Shown one piece after another: positions 12,850-25,859 of a stretch of DNA of 64,000 nt. Location: positions 11,904,001 through 11,968,000 of the forward strand of contig CM022666.1 of the NCBI GenBank assembly GCA_012295275.1. The letters are read 5' to 3'. Under the pieces are notes generated by a model that saw nothing but the letters and a program-made list of their open reading frames with translations, ran no database searches and had not been told where the DNA came from. The number at the start of each line of letters is the position of its first letter. Within the stretch, counting starts at the first letter, position 1. The position numbers and the translations under genes were made by a program. Source of the DNA: Chrysomallon squamiferum. Taxonomy: Eukaryota > Animalia > Mollusca.

Positions 12850-14735
12850 TACATACAGATAGATGTGATACAAGATAACTAACAGTGTAATACTAGATGT
12901 GATACAAGAAACTAACAGTATACAAGTTGTAACAAGATAACTAACAGTGTACTTACAGATAGTTGTGATACAAGATGACTAACAGTGTACTTACAGATAG
13001 TTGTGATACAAGATGACTAACAGAGTACTTACAGATAGATGTGATACAAGATGACTAACAGTGTACTTACAGATAGTTGTGATACAAGATGACTAACAGT
13101 GTACTTACAGATAGTTGTGATACAAGATGACTAACAGTGTACTTACAGATAGTTGTGATACAAGATGACTAACAGAGTACTTACAGATAGTTGTGATACA
13201 AGATGACTAACAGTGTACTTACAGATAGTTGTGATACAAGATGACTAACAGTGTACTTACAGATAGTTGTGATACAAGATGACTAACAGTGTACGTACAG
13301 ATAGATGTAGCACAAGATAACTAACAGTGTACGTACAGATAGATGTGATACAAGATGACTAACAGTGTACTTACAGATAGTTGTGATACAAGATGACTAA
13401 CAGTGTACTTACAGATAGTTGTGATACAAGATGACTAACAGAGTACTTACAGATAGTTGTGATACAAGATGACTAACAGAGTACTTACAGATAGTTGTGA
13501 TACAAGATGACTAACAGTGTACCCAGATAGTTGTGATACAAGATGACTAACAGAGTAACAGATGGATACAAGATGAAGGATAAACAGATAATTGTGATAC
13601 AAGATGACTAACAGAGTAATTAAACAGATAGTTGTGATACAAGATGACTAACAGAGGAATGATACAATGATAGTTGTGATACAAGATGACTAACAGTGTA
13701 CTTACAGATAGTTGTGATACAAGATGACTAACAGAGTACTTACAGATAGTTGTGATACAAGATGACTAACAGAGTACTTACAGATAGTTGTGATACAAGA
13801 TGACTAACAGAGTACTTACAGATAGTTGTGATACAAGATGACTAACAGTGTACTTACAGATAGTTGTGATACAAGATGACTAACAGTGTACGTACAGATA
13901 GATGTGATACAAGATAACTAACAGTGTACGTACAGATAGATGTGATACAAGATGACTAACAGTGTACTTAGAGGTAGATGTGATACAAGATAACTAACAG
14001 TGTACTTACAGATAGATGTGATACAAGATGACTAACAGTGTACTTAGAGGTAGATGTGATACAAGATAACTAACAGTGTACTTACAGATAGATGTGATAC
14101 AAGATGACTAACAGTGTACTTAGAGGTAGATGTGATACAAGATAACTAACAGTGTACTTACAGATAGATGTGATACAAGATGACTAACAGTGTACTTAGA
14201 GGTAGATGTGATACAAGATAACTGTGTACTTACAGATAGATGTGATACAAGATGACTAACAGTGTACTTACAGATAGTTGTGATACAAGATGACTAACAG
14301 TGTACTTACAGATATATGTAGCACAAGATGACTAACAGTGTACTTAAAGATAGATGTGATACAAGATGACTAACAGTGTACTTACAGATAGTTGTGATAC
14401 AAGATAACTAACAGTGTACTTACAGATAGATGTGATACAAGATAACTAACAGTGTACTTACAGATAGATGTGATACAAGATGACTAACAGTGTACTTAGA
14501 GGTAGATGTGATACAAGATAACTAACAGTGTACTTACAGATAGATGTGATACAAGATGACTAACAGTGTACTTAAAGATAGATGTGATACAAGATGACTA
14601 ACAGTGTACTTACAGATATATGTGATACAAGAAACTAATAATGTACTTACAGATATATTTAATATATTAAGTGAATGACTTTAGTGTATGATATATGTGA
14701 TACAAGAAACTAATAATGTACTTACAGATATATTT
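12850..14735. repeat. 38-bp minisatellite, ~48 copies, homologous to the intronic 38-bp array
   Basis: Unit is atacaagatgactaacagtgtacttacagatagttgtg with variants (agatgtg, gaggtag). It is the same length as, and colinear with, the 11474-11945 unit. Confidence 0.95.
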
Positions 14736-14779
14736 AATATGTTTAGCAAAATATCCCGTGATGTGTGCTGCAACTGTAA

Positions 14780-14814
<35 letters not shown>

Positions 14815-15714
14815 ATGTGTGGTTTGTGTTTGTAAGGTGTGTGTAAGAGAGACACAGAGGGCTGAGAAGTGTCAGAAGATACATAGAGGATGTGTGTAGT
14901 CTGTGTGAGAAAGAATGTGTTTGTACCTGAGAATGCAGAAAGATGTGTTTTATTTCTAGAACACAGTATGAACAGATTAATTTGATTCAAGATAAACTAC
15001 AACATCTGCTGTATTGAACTGATAACACAAACATGTTGCTGGTTTATAAAATGAAATAAAATCAATGAATTATTTCAGAAAATAAGCCAATGGGAGGAAA
15101 GAAATGATATTTTTATTAGACCAGTGTTGTAGACAGAAAAAAACAATCACTGCACTGTTCTCTATAGAAGGACTCAAGGGGTGTGGCTAGGGTCCCCAAG
15201 GGTTCTGAGCTACACTTAGGGTTAAGTCAAAACTTAGATTAGATTAAAGTTAGTTTAGGTCAGGTAAAGATGGAGAGTTAGGAGCCGATCTGAGTAGAAC
15301 CAGTTCTTTTTGTGTAAATCTTGTACTAATCATAATTTCAAATACAAACCAACATAGAAAACAATAAAAAAATAATAATAATCTAAAAAAAAAAAAAAAA
15401 AAAGGTATGAGGGAATAGCAAAAACATTGCAACAGCAACAAAAAGGGGAAAAAGAAATAAAAAATCATTCATCAAAGCAAAAGTCGATAACTTCTTCGTC
15501 TTCTGTGATTTTTCACACCACCTGTAATATTTTGTATAAAATTACAGTATCAGTCTTCTATATTTAATTTTTTTATTTTATTTCTTTTAGTTGATATTAG
15601 ATGAGAAAATAGAAAATCAATTAATAACAGCTGTGAATGAGTAACATATGCTGCACATAACTCACAAAACATCGATTGTTAGAGTTTGCCACAGAAATGT
15701 AAAAGAGTAAAAAC

Positions 15715-16169
15715 ATGCAAGCTCACTTTTCACTTGTGATCATCACACTGTTGTTCACAGTTTACGCACAAGAAAAGTCGAGGAAACTTCTTGTTATTCT
15801 CTTAGACGGATTCAGGTGGAATTATCTCAAATATGATGGATTTGGTGAAGGAGGATTTCACAGACTGGCTCGGGAAGGAACAGTGGCAGACTATTTGAAA
15901 CCAGCGTTTCCCAGTCTGACCTTTCCCAACTTCTATTCACTAATGACAGGTAGACATATTTGTTAATTTGTTTCTTTTCTAAGTGGTTCTATTTAGATAT
16001 TTAAAGTTATTAATGTAAGAAAATATATTTGATTAGTTTTTGTATATACATGTTTGAATGTGTATTTGTGTGTGTGTGTTTATGTATGTCTCTGTGTGTG
16101 TGTGTGTGTGTGTATGCTCTGGTATGTGTGTGTGTGTATGCTGTGGTATGTGTGTGTGTGTGTGGATGT

Positions 16170-16216
<47 letters not shown>

Positions 16217-16284
16217 CTCTGGTATGTGTGTGTATGCTCTGGTATGTGTGTGTGTGTATGCTCTGGTATGTGTGTGTATACTAT

Positions 16285-16348
<64 letters not shown>

Positions 16349-19300
16349 CTCTGGTGTGTGTGTGTGTGTATGCTCTGGTATGTGTGTGTATACTATGGTA
16401 TGTGTGTGTGTGTGTCAGAGACTGTTGCTTAATATAAATTCTTATCAGTTGTAAAATTAATTTTCTTATCAGGACTCCACACAGAGAGCCATGGAATGAC
16501 AGACAACTTCATGTACGACACTGGACATGATGCATCATTTATGATCGGCAAAACAACAGAATATTTTGAGCCATATTGGTGGAATGACGCAGAACCTGTC
16601 TGGGTTAGCGCAACAAAACAGGCAAGTAATGGAAATGGAAATGGAAAAAAATTAACGTGCTAATCAGAGCAAGCTGTTGTGAAGCACGTCTGCGACGGGC
16701 ACACTTTCTGACAGGTCAGCGGGCGCGTCCGTCGCATGTAAAGCGTCTTTGTCTATTTATTCTCTTTTGGTACTTTTTTCTTTCATTGTTTTTTCTGTAC
16801 TTGGTACGAGGTGAAATTAAAATCAGTAATCAGAAATGATCAATCTATTGTTTTAATCTTAAATTAGACACCAGAAGAATTACACATTTCTGTCATCATG
16901 ATTAACTCCAAGTATGTCTGGTGATATTACAGCGGTCAGTTCATTTGAAATGACCACTGAAATGTAATAACCAGTTTAGGCATCCTATATCATAGATTTA
17001 CATACGTATTTGCTTTTTCTCTGATGGTTAATGAATCTGCCGATATATTTTACATTTCTATATATACATTTGTAATTCCTTTATATTTATATATTTATTC
17101 TATATTCTGGTTTTTAACTTTGCATATTCTTTGTATTTGTATTTGCACTACTTGTATAATTCGGTGTGTATCTATACTTTCGTCTTTGAAAAGATAATTT
17201 TTGATTGTCTGTTTGCAGAATAAGAACTGTTACATGTTCTACTGGTTGGGCTGTAACGTAAAGATCAGGGGAGTGTTACCCAAGTTTTGTGATCCCTACC
17301 TCAACGTTGTGCCCACCCTGAAGCAGTTCAGATCAGCTATAATACAGACAGCTCAGCTGTTTCAAAATGGATCTGCTGATTTGGCAGGTAAACAGCACAA
17401 TTTTCTTTTCTTTTTTAGCCATATCTTTTCCCATTTCTTTTCTTTCAAATAATAACAACAATATCAAAAAATATATAAAGATATATTAACGTTCTATTTT
17501 TGTCTGTCTGTCTATATTAGTAAACATATCCTCAGCCTATTATTTGTATGTTTCTATGAAACTGACAGATAAAGAAAGTAAGAGTGAGAGATAGAAAGAG
17601 AGAAACAAGAAGAAGGAGAAGAAAAAAGAGAGAGGGGGGAGGTTTAGAATCATTTGTATTTGTTTACAAAATTTGTTTAGGCAGTGTGTCCAGACTTCCA
17701 GTATCACGGTTTACACGTGTTTATATTATCTACTACATCCTGGTGTTTTCTCTTCAGCTATATACTTTGAAAACACTGATCACCAAGGCCACAGATTTGG
17801 TCCTTTCAGTGATGTTGTTAACAAGACTCTGAAACTTGTTGATGGTGAATTTGCTTTCCTGCTGGACGAGTTGGACAGACGTGGAATCAGAAACGACGTT
17901 GACGTCATGGTTGTTTCTGATCATGGAATGACCGGCGTGACGCTGACTGCAGAGCGAGGACTGATCAACATCAGCACAGTGCTGACCAGTGACGAGTACT
18001 CACACATGATGAGCAGAGGACCCATTGTTTCCATCTTCACCTGTGACGACAGGTTACAGCAGGTACAACATCATTTATCTCTATCTTATCATCATCATCA
18101 CCACCACCACTATCATAATCAAAACTTTAATGTTTTGTTATAATCATTATCATTACATTACTGTTGCTATTTATAATCATAAACATCATTACTGCATGAT
18201 TATCATCATTATATTATTGCTGTTATTATCATCAATTATTTTTATTATTATTATCATCAACATCATTACAGTTTTGTTGTTTATAAACCTCACTCACATA
18301 GAAAGGAAACTGGCAGAAAAATAGTTATGGATCAATAAACTGCCAGACAGACAAATATGAAAATAATAATTAGTGTCAATTTAAGCAGAAACACACACAC
18401 ACATATATATATATATATATGTATATTGTTTTCAGGTGTATAAAAAGTTGAAAATCTTTCATCCTCACTTGCATGTGTATTTAAGACATGAAATTCCTGA
18501 CAGGTGGCACTATAAACATGGCCGAGTGGTGGCGCCACTTGTACTGACAGCAGACTTAGGATGGTTCATTGTAACGGTAATATATATTAACATATACTAA
18601 TGTCTGTGTGTGTGTGTGTGTGTCTCTGTGTGTGTGTGTTTCTGTGTGTGTTTGTGTGTGTATGTGTATGTGTTTCTCTGTGTGTAATGTTTGTGTGTAT
18701 GTTTGTAACTGTGAACGTGTGTGTAAACGTGTGTGTGTGTGTGTGTGTTTAAGTTTGTGTTCTGTGTTTGTGTGTGTTGTTTTTGTGTTTTTTTTTGTTT
18801 GTGCTAATAAAAATAACAGTGAAAAGTTTAAATTTAATTTTATTTATAGAAATTCTAGACAGTAGCCATATTTTGTCTTTCTAACAAAATCACTGAACTG
18901 TTTCAGATTTTATTTATGAGACAGTAGCCATAGTTTATAGACGCGTTTCACGAGTTACTGCTACTAACCAGTTCCTCTAAGTTAGTTTATAACTTGTTCA
19001 CAGTTTTATTTACTCTCAAGTCTTTATTGTATAAATTCACCAATTAAATTACTCTCACACATGCAAAACATATAAATTAACTTATCTGTCAAGTGTTTAA
19101 CTTTTTAACATCCTAGAAAAATATAAACAAAGCTATTTACCCACAGATAAATCTTTTTAATCTTTTTTTTTTTTTGTTGTTGTTTACATTAAATATTGAT
19201 AATAAACAACGGTCTTCAAATTTAGAATTAGATTCCTAAAAACGGTTATAACAAAATATAAAGGTAATCCTGTAGTTTACGTCAGCTCTTGTTAGCAGAG

Positions 19301-20715
19301 GTTCGACTCAGTATTTTGTATTTATTTATGTTTTAGCGCTGGTTTAAAAAGATCATATAAATCTGTGAATACACCAAGGCTTGCATGTTTCATTCACACT
19401 TCATTCATTCTTGGGTTGACCAGTTTATGAAGCTCAGCTCCAGATATAAATAAATCAACTCCTTAATGAAACCTACACAACAAACATACGAAACCACCTA
19501 ACAAACTAATTAGCTAACTAACTAACAATAATAACAACAACAAAAGTAAAATCAAAAGCAAATGAAATCATGACAAACGAGAATTAATTCATACGTCACG
19601 TTTTGTTAGGTCTGTAGATCTATTGCTGTTCTGTTGTAACTGTGAGTAACGCACAATAAGAAATGAAGGGAATAAGAACAGTGGTTCTGTAAATTCAGCT
19701 TGGGGTAACACACCTAATCAGTGTACGTGACACTAACTAGTGAGTTTTTTTTGACGCTTTCCAGGGAGACAATGCTGTAAAGAGACGTGTATGATTTAGT
19801 TATCTTGTCAACGATAAATTCTAAATATATATGAAACATCGATTTTACACAAAACAGAAACAGTAACAAATGACTTCTGTATTTATCACTGTATCAGACA
19901 TATATAACACGGTTTCTCAAACTGGTTGGTTCTACATCGAATTACAAATAATTTTAACCAATCATATCCGAAAGTTTTGTGTTTCAGGATAAATCAAATT
20001 CCACTTACTCTTGTATTTCGTTACTTTCTGAGAACATATTCGTCAAATTCAATAGAATAAACGCACATGAATAGGAAAACGCAACGAATTTTGAAATATT
20101 TTAGGACTTTAGGTTTCGGCGAGTCTATACATAAATACTCAGAATGTGAGAAACCCTATATATAACACTGATACTGGTCACTTACAATCATGTACGTACT
20201 GACGTCACACATTTTTATTTTCAGCCTGAGCAGCCCGAGTTCCCGGTCCTTGATGACGGGTTTCACTTTAAAGGTATTCACGGCTATGACAACGATCTGT
20301 CAGATATGCATGGAATATTTCTAGCCTCGGGTCCATGTAAGTTAATACGTATTAAGTATGCCACTTTTTCTTCTCTCTATATGAATACAGGTTCTTTCTT
20401 TGGCATGCATTCAGAATTATTATTTTCTGATCGTAATGTTTTTCTTTAGATTTTTTATTAATGTAACCAAGAGTTTATCATTTTATTTGACAAAAAAAAC
20501 CCCAAAACAACAACAACAAAAAAAATATGCCTATACTTTGATTTTTCATTATATATTTCTAATATTCAGCGTTCAAGAAGAATTACAAATCAGGTCCGAA
20601 AGACATGGTACAGCTGTACCAGGTGATGTGTAGAATTCTCGACATTACGCCCTCTCCTAACAACGGTTCCTGGAGTCAGGTTGTCGACATCTTAGATCCA
20701 TCCTTGACTAAGTGA
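15715..20715 (+). CDS. ENPP6: Ectonucleotide pyrophosphatase/phosphodiesterase, ENPP6-like (alkaline phosphatase superfamily), 418 aa, predicted secreted
   Basis: Exons: 15715-15949 (signal peptide; [14 protein letters not shown]; [14 protein letters not shown]); 16473-16621 ([17 protein letters not shown]; GC donor CAG|GCAAGT); 17219-17387 ([21 protein letters not shown]); 17758-18062 ([23 protein letters not shown]); 18436-18576 (EIPDRWHYK); 20225-20336 ([21 protein letters not shown]); 20570-20715 ([17 protein letters not shown], stop). Total is 1257 nt with consistent phases, and the metal-binding motifs are present. The YWxGCxVxIxGV motif points to ENPP6 (symbol means -like; orthology untested). 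Confidence 0.9.
16050..16415. repeat. Compound (TG)n / TATGCTCTGG microsatellite in ENPP intron 1
   Basis: Directly visible. It is the source of the Cys-Val ORFs. Confidence 0.9.
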
Positions 20716-20720
20716 TTAAA

Positions 20721-20802
20721 AGTCGTATTCTGAGTCACGTGTTTGTTTTATTACGTCACGCAGTCGTATTCTGAGTCACGTGTTTGTTTTATTACGTCAC
20801 GC
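20721..20802. repeat. Perfect 41-bp tandem duplication just after the ENPP stop codon
   Basis: agtcgtattctgagtcacgtgtttgttttattacgtcacgc occurs twice. Confidence 0.9.
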
Positions 20803-21689
20803 AGTCTGACAATGCTGAGAAAAGAGGACGCTTTATAAATTCTTTTAAAAGCCTTAGTCGAAATTTTGAACCCATGGAGACAAGAGGAATTTCAATTTCA
20901 GTTTCATTTCTATACTGATTTAGCAAGGTTTTACTTAACTTGAGCATTTTAGAGTCTGTCTTCATTTAATATTATCACCTAATAACGATATAAATTAACA
21001 ACAAAATAATAATAAATACTACTACTACTACTACTACTACTACAACTACTATTAAATAAATAAATAAAATTATTTACAAAAGTAATCCCAAAATTTGAAA
21101 TAAAAATACAGGTTGTAAATTTTAGTTTATGTACAAACCTGTTTCGCTGTACATTTTTCATTACGTAACTATTGCGTTGATTGACCAATGACGTGACCCG
21201 ACACATTTCAACTCTCATTTCTCATTCGTCTAGGGATTTCATTATGTGCTATATTTAGATCAGAACAAACTGTTTCTGTTTTCTCTCTCTGCGGTATCCA
21301 GTAATTAGTTTTTCAATAATGAAATAAATCAAGTGTTATACAGACACTTGTCAAACAAACTAAAGTTGGAACTAGAAAATGAGGGATAAAATGTAATGTT
21401 TTAAAGAACGTTTTGTAAATATGGTGTTAATTTAACATGCTCCTCACTTGTTCTGCATGTAAATGTGTTTTTATGCATGTGTAATTATTATTATTATTTA
21501 TTCATTCGTTCATTCATTCATTCATTCATTCATTCATTCATTCATTCATTCGTTATATAACATACTGAGTTTCTGTTTCCATTTGTACCGGGTTGTTTGT
21601 TGTTATTTTCTAATTAAATTTATATAATTTTCTACAATTAACACATATGTACTTGTAGAATTATTACTACAATCATAACTTATATACAT

Positions 21690-21739
<50 letters not shown>

Positions 21740-22464
21740 ATGCATGTGTCTAAGTATTTTGTTTGCTGAAACATTGTAACATACGTCACTGTAATAGTTA
21801 AAACTCAAAATCTTTTATTTATTACAAAACACTATATACTTTTAAACTTTTATTTCAAGTAAAATCATTAACATATTTACAAAATAATAAACTGGTATCA
21901 GTAATAACACTGAGCTTCATCCAGCGAATGATTCACGTGAAGAGAGTTTAACCCGTTCAGTAATAAGTATTATAATAAATACACAGACAAAATGAAATCT
22001 ACATTTGATTATTATCAGCTATCAATAAATAAATAAATAAAGAAAGAAATAAAGAAATAAAGAAAGAAAGAAAGAAAGAAAGAAAAGGAAAGAAAAGAAA
22101 GAAAAGAAATTAAAATGTATTAAAGTAACCAAGAAATGAACAACCGGAGAACGAAAGTAATAAAATCGATCTTCAGTTTTAAACTGAGAACCCAGGAACA
22201 AAACAAACATAAAATAATTTGTGTAGTTCTATCGACTTCAGTCCGGTTAAACATAATTTGTCTCTAAATATCACAGGAAGTAATACACCATCAAATGTCA
22301 AATGATATACCATCAAGTGCCTTTGATATTTTATAATGATAATAGTAATAATATAACGTTATAATATAATACAAGAAATCCAGTGATAGGAACTAGTCTG
22401 TGTTCATTAGAAGCGTATTAGGTAAAACTATTATAAAAATAAAGATTATTATTTAGAATTAAAA

Positions 22465-22495
<31 letters not shown>

Positions 22496-22815
22496 AAAAA
22501 CATACATAAAAGGACTTTAGAAATGTTTCTTTATGTTTTCGTCTATTAAGAACAATAAAGTGACAAAGTGACCAGGAAATAAATGCCACAGGGAGAGAAA
22601 ATTTTAATTTGTTTTCGCTTTAATAAGATATCAAATAATGAATTATAATATATTATCAAAAATTAATAGATAAAATTCCTTAAATACGTTGAAATAACAA
22701 GTGAACAATAATAAGAAAAAAGTTGTTACAAGTCTTACAGGTTTGTATGTACACATCGGTAACATTTTCACTTTATTAACTAAAATGAGTAATTTATTCT
22801 GATTTACTCAATTTA

Positions 22816-22892
<77 letters not shown>

Positions 22893-23540
22893 TAACGACA
22901 AGAAGATATCTCTAAATGGTTTGTTGTTGCTATTTTGATTTTTGTTTTCGTTGTAACAGGACTTATTGAATTGTATATCTTTTTCTATGTGTCTCTTTAT
23001 GTTGTATGTGTATGTACTTGTGTTTGCATGTTCGTACTTTGAACTTCACGCATATGTGTACGTGTGTGTGTGCTTGTATGTTGATGTATGTGTGTTTGAA
23101 AAAAGCAAAAAATGTCACTATTTTGCTGTAAAACTCTTAAAAGTCGTAAACCTTCAAGATAAATCAAAAAGTATTTCTTCAAAGTAAAAGAAAATGGAAG
23201 GCAAGTCTAATTTCACCTTTTTCCGTGAAATAAAAGTTAAAACTTTTCATAATTAAAAATAATATTAAAAATTAATTTATCTAGATAAATTATAAACAGA
23301 TGAATAATGTTAAAATATATCATGAGCAGTGTAAAATTAATATTAAAATGAAAATCTTAACTTTATTCATCCTAATAAAAAGAAATTTTATATACAAATT
23401 AAACACAAATATCAGCATCAACCCAATTCATGGACCCAATCACAAACATTCAACACCAGGACAGTTATCTCCCTTTTACTTTCACTTGTCAAATGCATAT
23501 TTCATCAAGAATTGTGAACGTCATAGTCTGCCTTGTGTCA

Positions 23541-23914
23541 TCAGACTAGTAACCCGCTGAGAACGCGCGTCACACACGCGCTGACAACGAGGAGTGAAAT
23601 GCTCGCGGTGCTGAGACTGCCTGTGGCGGGGTATAGGCACTTTTTGTAGATGAAGCCCTGGACGCTTCTGCACACGTACCGCTCTGTGTCGCAGCAGTCC
23701 TTCGTCTGCACGCAGCTCTCCCAGTACGGCGCGCAGCACTTGTGACTCTTGCCGCACTCCAGCCCGTCCTTGCAGTGGTAGTCGAAGAAGCACGATTTGT
23801 TCACAGAGCTGCGCGTGCATCTCGGGTCCGTGCCCTCGTGCGCCAGCCAGCACACACCACTGCAACAGTCGGCGTCCACTTTACATTCTTCGTTAGACCA
23901 CGAACAGCTAATAC
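23541..23914 (-). CDS. Terminal coding exon of a small Cys-rich protein: two inhibitor-cystine-knot-like modules around a 4-Cys module, with a GPI-type hydrophobic C-terminus
   Basis: A strong acceptor (T-rich tract..TTTCAG|GT, phase 1) precedes 23914, and the codons are GC-rich against AT-rich flanks. Cys pattern is C-6-C-5-CC-3-C-10-C, then C-5-C-5-C-5-C, then C-6-C-5-CC-6-C-10-C. Tail is TGSLSTASISLLVVSACVTRVLSGLLV*. The upstream signal-peptide exon was not located with confidence. Confidence 0.8.
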
Positions 23915-24129
23915 CTGAAAACAAAAAAAAAATAAAAAAAAAAATAAAATATATATACAGGCCTTCACATAATTTTTCCATTTATATTACCAATCTATTT
24001 TTATCGCCGAAAATATTATATTTGTGTCTATCTACTGAGAAAAAAGAAAAGAAATATGTAAACACACACACACGATAATAAATAAATAGTAACATTAATA
24101 TGCTTCTGCTGCATGCTGATTTCCTCCAC

Positions 24130-24193
<64 letters not shown>

Positions 24194-24611
24194 ATTGTTA
24201 ATTTTACAACACTGCTATCGAACTACTGTATAATTCACTATTTACTTTTATTATTAAAAGCTTGGTAGCCAATTCTCCGAGTGAATTATTGGTCTTTACA
24301 TCAGATTAATATAACGAAAATAATTCGTTTATCACTACAAATTGCATTCGTACGTAGTAAGTAGAAATTTATTATGCAATTACTAAACAGCTATAAAGAC
24401 AGAAATGACCTTTAACTGTGGAGACACTAACATCGCTGAAGTAAGAATTACAAATAAGTCGATATCCTTCAGTAAGATGTTATTATTGATACAGAACCGG
24501 GTTTTCTAATTACTGCTTGGAACTGTAATTATTTATCAACAGAAAGCTGTGATGTTGACAGGTGCTCCCACTGCTAATAACAGTGATCTGATGATAATTA
24601 CCAGTACTTCG

Positions 24612-24659
<48 letters not shown>

Positions 24660-25813
24660 AAAGAACTGCATTTGCGATGGTGAATGTGAATACAAATTGA
24701 TGTATGCACAACACCTAATAATATTAACTACGAAAATGTATCATTATAAAAATATTCATTACGTTCATTTATAGTCGTATTATGTTACAGACTACCATGA
24801 TATTTTTTTGATTTGTATTATGCTGTTAATGTCCCCGAATTCTTAAATATTTAATCCTGACATTTCAGAACGGCTTCATTCGCAGATGTGCTCTTCGCCG
24901 TCAGCTAGGAAATTGATTTTCCTTTGAAATTCCAGCAGGCGCGGGATTGATATTTTTAATGCTTTCTTCTTCTGTGCGAACATTCCACCTTTAGCAATGA
25001 CGTCCCCGAGGTCCCTGACGTTGTCAAGTTAATGAGGGAAACTGTTAAGTGGTATCATACACGACAAAGCGCCGCTGTCTTCACGTTTATAGAACTCAGT
25101 GTGTTCACTAGAAAGAAAACGTACAAACTATGGGTCTATTTTCGCTTGTTTTTAATCTGCTTGTCGATATGAAGGTGGATGATGTATTTAGCTTTCTAAC
25201 CAGAAATATAAAAGTGTAAAGAAAAATACTGCCCATGGAAAAATTTAAAATAGTCACATGTAGTAACTAAAACAGTCTGTATGATGATGGGGTATGATGA
25301 TAAAGTTATACGATGTCGTTGAAAAATGTACTTTGAAATGCACATTGTCTGAATATTAGATTACTGAATGCTTTTAAACATTGTCTGTAATGTAGCTGTC
25401 GCTGAGACAAATTATATCCTGAAATATAATTACAGACTCCGTCTGTGAAAGTTTTCTACTAAAATAACGTTCAACTCAACATGCTTTGTGAAGCAGTCAC
25501 TGAACACAAGAACAAAACTAATTAACTGATGATGAAGTTCACTGGGTTGTGAGTTGTGTTAAGAAGTTAGACAAAAAGTAGTAAGAGAAGAATGATGAGG
25601 ATGTTCCTCAGGGTTTTTGTTTGGAAAATTGTTGAAAAATTAACAAATGACAAAGAAAGAAAGAAAAAAGAGAGAAAGAATCTTCAAATGCGTCACTATT
25701 ATTTTATGCTTCATCAAAGTTATTACAAATAAGGTGATGGAGTTTTTTGTTGTTGTTTTGTATGTTAATGTATGTGTGTTTGTGTGTGTGTGTGTGTATG
25801 TAAGTAGCTTTAA

Positions 25814-25859
<46 letters not shown>

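Noticed and set aside
12850-14735. CRISPR-like regular array
   Set aside because: Units are contiguous with no unique spacers, there are no cas genes and the context is eukaryotic. It is a minisatellite.
15170-15300. Telomere-like TTAGGG/TTAGG motifs
   Set aside because: Only scattered degenerate units and no tandem array.
16054-16454. Cys/Val-rich ORFs (also His/Thr, Leu/Ser and Glu/Arg ORFs at 3032, 9625-10441, 18608, 27134, 31715, 38798, 40138, 42172)
   Set aside because: Translations of dinucleotide and tetranucleotide microsatellites.
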